Below are positions 60,401 to 64,000 of a stretch of 64,000 nt of DNA, piece by piece (positions within the stretch are counted from its first letter, which is position 1; the number at the start of each line of letters is the position of its first letter). Source of the DNA: Bugula neritina (taxonomy: Eukaryota; Animalia; Bryozoa); the NCBI GenBank assembly GCA_964035545.1, contig OZ037765.1:21947504-22011503 (forward strand). The letters run 5' to 3'. Below the pieces are notes generated by a model. It searched no databases and was not told the DNA's origin. It worked only from the letters and a program-made list of their open reading frames with translations. The position numbers and the translations under genes were made by a program.

Positions 60401-61596
60401 CTGGCAGTTGGTGATCCTTAGTAAGCAGTTGAATGGTTAATCAATCACCATTATCCATCCAAAGGCATCAGAATAGGCTTCGGAGTTTCTGAATCGATAG
60501 TTACTCAAATTCCTCTACTTCATTAAAAAAAAACTCTCAATTTACTGAATATCATAGGATTAGTGGGTGTTAATTGAATGACTTTACGCTCTTTAAAATT
60601 TAATAAGAGCACTAAACTTGACCTTTATATCAATTTAGGAAAAAGACCTTATTTTATTTTGCAAAAATGTGTTTTAGCATTTAATTTCAAGCAGATCTAA
60701 ATAAGCTTTTGGTTAATGCTCACTACTTTTTTCTTGCTGCTTTTTAAGTTTCAGTTCTATTAATGTGTGCTTGAATTATTGCACCATCACCAGGTTTTGG
60801 AATGATAGGTGCCATCAATGTCAGGTGTTGATTATTCTAGCCCCCCCCCTGGACATTTAATTGGCCATGAAAAATTTGGCATATTTGAAACATCGAAACT
60901 ATTCTGAATGTTTCATCAAGTTTGCACCTTTAGCAAGAATAGGAGAATTTTTCATATAACTGAGACAAGCTGATGACAAAATCTACAGATCAAGCAGTTT
61001 TATTTTAAAAAATGCAATTGCCCCTTAAACACTGTACCTGTGACGAATTAGTAATAATTGCTTGGTGTACTGTGATTTTTCTGTGGTATTTTATTGAAAT
61101 AGTTTTACAAAATTTCCTTTTAGAAATATGTGAGTGTTGTCTACAAAGAGTTTAAATATAACCTAGTTAGAGCACTGTAGTAGTTTTGTTTCCTGAGTTG
61201 TAAGCCTTTTATTTATTTACTAGGAAATCAATCCCCTGTCATCACAGGTGAAATGCAGGTGCACGAAAGACATTTCTTTGAAAGCTAAAGAAGTTAGCTT
61301 TGATCATTCATTTGAATTTCTAATTTTGAATGCCTATTTTTGCTCTTTTTATTAATTTAGTTAATATCTGACCACAAAATTCAAATACCTTTGCAAATGT
61401 TGTTATTTGGTTGATTAAATATAGTAAATTATTCATGTGAATGATAGGTGAGCCATGCTGTGTTTGAAGGTTTGGCCCACTTCCTGATAGTGATGTATAT
61501 GTGGTGACTGCTGAGAAACCTGGATACGTGCTGGCTAAAGAAGAAGACAATCCATACAACTTCAGGGCTTTCAAGTTGGCAGAAGTTTCAGTTCAC
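30475..61596 (+). CDS. NOMO1: Nodal modulator (NOMO; BOS complex subunit), first 18 coding exons; gene continues beyond window
   Basis: Exons 30475-30633, 32878-33010, 33132-33223, 33310-33407, 33535-33607, 33990-34136, 34544-34675, 34908-34997, 35117-35173, 35315-35514, 37996-38152, 38707-38916, 40795-40995, 43715-43893, 44275-44376, 49730-49902, 55406-55562, 61470-61596 splice in frame. Signal peptide, then DVIGCGGFIK, VKLLT..GSVKY....PNGYYMIPVYEKGEY, EDINFIFVGF, VPFHRGEKTVFDVTP, FDVCG, WCWE, SCHVFE, GKYRFGPL, EKPGY, FRAFKLAEV, all typical of NOMO. Confidence 0.93.
36037..37825 (+). mobile_element. Tc1/mariner DNA transposon (1789 bp), inactive, in NOMO intron 10
   Basis: Perfect 27-bp TIRs CAGTGCTGTGAAAAAGTTTAAGGACGC (36037-36063 and 37799-37825), with TA TSDs at 36035-36036 and 37826-37827. 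Confidence 0.95.
36443..37474 (+). pseudogene. Degenerate Tc1-family transposase
   Basis: HTH region GYSIRKISEKVG...GSVADRPESGRPR, then KPLLT, KVIISDKSTF, FEDDNAPC, WPAQSRDLNPI, GWPTKH*, with several frameshifts and stops. Confidence 0.9.
39321..39546. repeat. 20-bp minisatellite, 11.3 copies (TACCATCAACATGGCCGAGT)
   Basis: Exact 20-nt periodicity, head to tail, no spacers. Confidence 0.95.
41750..43080 (-). mobile_element. Highly decayed BEL/Pao LTR-retrotransposon pol fragment (RNase H to integrase)
   Basis: With frameshifts the minus strand gives a TIPRL(E)L-like stretch (43056-43035), an FV..V..I-like stretch (~42935) and FER(K)HYLIIYGRHISICILLRQIRFTHL..PAMMAI (~41895-41785). This resembles Pao KHPIIL..H...L+RQ.H..HL.AG, in the expected order and spacing. 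No LTRs recognised. Confidence 0.45.
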
Positions 61597-62004
61597 GTAA
61601 GTGTGACTGGTGTACAGTACAATCAATCTGAAATTATAGAGTGCAAGATACAGGTACTGTAAGAGCATTTTAAAGTTCCACAGTTAGTGGGGAGAGAAGA
61701 AATAAATTATTCTGTTACTCAAAGGAGTTTATTAAAGTTTGGCAGCTTCACACTTTTATAATCTACACCCCATGCAACCCTAAAACTGGCAAAAAGTATG
61801 CTTTTGATAATCCCAATTGCTCCAAACTGTTTATACCTTATCTCTTATTGTAAGTAGACCAAAACTCTTATAGCCTCAGGCAGAATACAAGCTTGCTCCT
61901 AATTTAGTATCCTCTCAGGAGCGGAGTTGTGCATTTAACTCTAGACTCATAGAAGGCTGTCCTGCCAAAGCTTTGAAGTCTGAAGTTACAGACAGTTAAA
62001 TGCT

Positions 62005-62065
62005 GGGGGCAGCCGTGTCTTAGCGATTAGAGCACTGGTCTATTGGGTCTTAGGTCTCAGCCCTG
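62005..62065 (+). mobile_element. Possible degenerate tRNA-derived SINE head
   Basis: GGGGGCAGCCGTGTCTTAGCGATTAGAGCACTGG... (box A-like) ...GGTCTTAGGTCTCAGCCC (box B-like); no intact cloverleaf. Confidence 0.3.
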
Positions 62066-64000
62066 ACTATTGGTGATGTCAGTGAGATCTAATTGTTCCT
62101 GTGCTGCAGCAAAACTTTTCAAACTGTGTTGCCGTATCACAGGAATATAGATTTTAAGCGGACAGGAGTTTTTTTTATTAGAACGTATTCTAAAATCATA
62201 CAAGTTTTGTTTAAAAATGTGTCGTATTTTGATACATTGTTCAAACTTGTTCTTTTACATGCTCAGTGCCTGTGGAGTTGTGCACCACAAGAAAAACCAG
62301 TGTGATGCTTTTTAGAAAGTCTAATCAAAATATTCCCAGACTTATAATCTTGAAGTAGTTTGGATATCTTAAAAATAAAACAATTTGGAGTTTTTATTTT
62401 TATTGTTTGCTTATAAAATAACTCTGAATTTTTTTACTTCGACAATAGAGTGTAACTAGGGTGCGGCAGAATACCACACTAGTTGTTCTTGTTATCAACA
62501 AACAAATCATTCTTCTTGAAAGTGACTAATGTTTCCATTTTTAGCTGACGGCTATTAGAAGAATAATTACTATTGATTCGGAGAAATTGTCATTTTTTGC
62601 ACAAAATAATTTGGGCATGTTTGCAGCTCTTGCAACTCTGTAATTACCATGCAGCTGGTCACTACTGGTGTCAAACTAATGTCTCCTCTCTACGTCAAAC
62701 TAAAATGGATGTCAGAAATGCAAAAATTTAACTAATGAAAATTAGTTGAGCTCTAGATGTAAGCAATAATCATCTGTTGCAGCTTTTGTTGTGGAACGCC
62801 ATGAATGTCTCATCATAAGTTGCCAAGTCTGCAAGAAACATACAATAAAAGGTTCACCTAAAATTAATGCTACTTGCAAAATTTCCAAATTTACTTCGAC
62901 ATTGCAGTCGTGATATACTCCTGTGGTAACTCAGGTAGCTCAGCTGATGGAACTTTTGTTGGCAAAAAGTGCTGAATATCTATACAATTTCACAGTTTGG
63001 ACATTTATCAGTTGATCACATCAACTGTACTGTATGTGTTAACCCATTTAGTTCAAAGAGAGTGTTTTTAAAAACTCCATGCTGACTTTATTTCTGCTGT
63101 CAATACTAGTTTTGAGCTAACCTATCCTCACTAGGCAATACAGAGCTATGCAACCATTGATGTGCTCCCCTTTCATAATGTAGTCACTCTAACAACTGTC
63201 TAAGCACCAATACTTGGTTGTGCCATGACTCAACTGTTTCTGGCGAAAGATGTGCTTAAAAAGCAGTTGAGAAGCATTAAGATAATTACATCATATGACT
63301 GGTATATTAAGATGCGATATGTCATACGATCAGGTCATTTTAATGGCATTTTTGCTTTACTATCATGTGAGAAAGGTTGACATATTCGTTTGTCATGGAT
63401 ACTGGCTAAATCTCGTCCACTTTCTAAATTTGCTTCATCATTTCAATCACCTGGAGAAACTGATCTTGTTTAATTGCTTCGTTACATCTTTTCCAGGAAA
63501 TGTATTGTGGGAGAAAAAAAATCAGTTGCAAATGAAAGCCAAATCATAAATTCTTGAATTTATAAGTAATTTTGACAGTTGCAGAAATTACCATGGTGAA
63601 CCCAAGAGGCACAACTCCTATATAAGAAATAAAGACAACCTGCACACAATCGATTTGTATGCTAAGTTAACCTATTTACGTTCTTGATAGAAAGTTGGAT
63701 CTCACGCCTCCTGACCCTTCAGCCATTAATTTGCCCGACAGTTTTTGTGAAGATGCAATCAACAGTGATAAATTGAGTGACGTTCTCATAATTACAAGTG
63801 GTCTTTGCTAGTCAGTTTTCAGTCCACAACAGTCAAACAGCATACAGTTTAGCTTTGAGGAGGTGGTATCAGTGTTGCAGTTGTCTCTAATAGCGCTGGT
63901 TCTAACAGATATTTGTAACACAAGAATGTCTTTGTTAATGAAATGAAGCAACCATCTTCCAAACCTAAATGCAAAACTACAACTTCTAAACCCAAGCTAA

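Overview
AT-rich, intron-containing eukaryotic DNA, most likely from an invertebrate animal (inferred from gene content). I found no rRNA, tRNA or CRISPR. Splicing exons by hand gives six protein-coding genes. (1) The 5' end of TRIM37 on the minus strand, missed by the ORF track, sits head-to-head with (2) a complete fungal-type MetX-family L-serine O-succinyltransferase (Cys2-like, ~498 aa, mitochondrial-like presequence), whose five coding introns all split Gly codons in phase 1. (3,4) Two tandem, strongly divergent SERINC paralogues (12 coding exons each, ~594 and ~651 aa) share replacements of normally conserved polar residues and have long, unrelated C-terminal tails. (5) A ~240-aa orphan gene resembles ciliary microtubule-inner proteins. 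(6) The first 18 exons of NOMO run off the window. Introns contain a dead Tc1/mariner with perfect 27-bp TIRs, a TAA-TSD MITE inserted inside a SERINC splice donor, a 3-copy small MITE family, two long palindromes, a probable BEL/Pao relic, a 20-bp minisatellite with YY1-like cores, and microsatellites. Homology calls come from my recall of family motifs, not from database searches.
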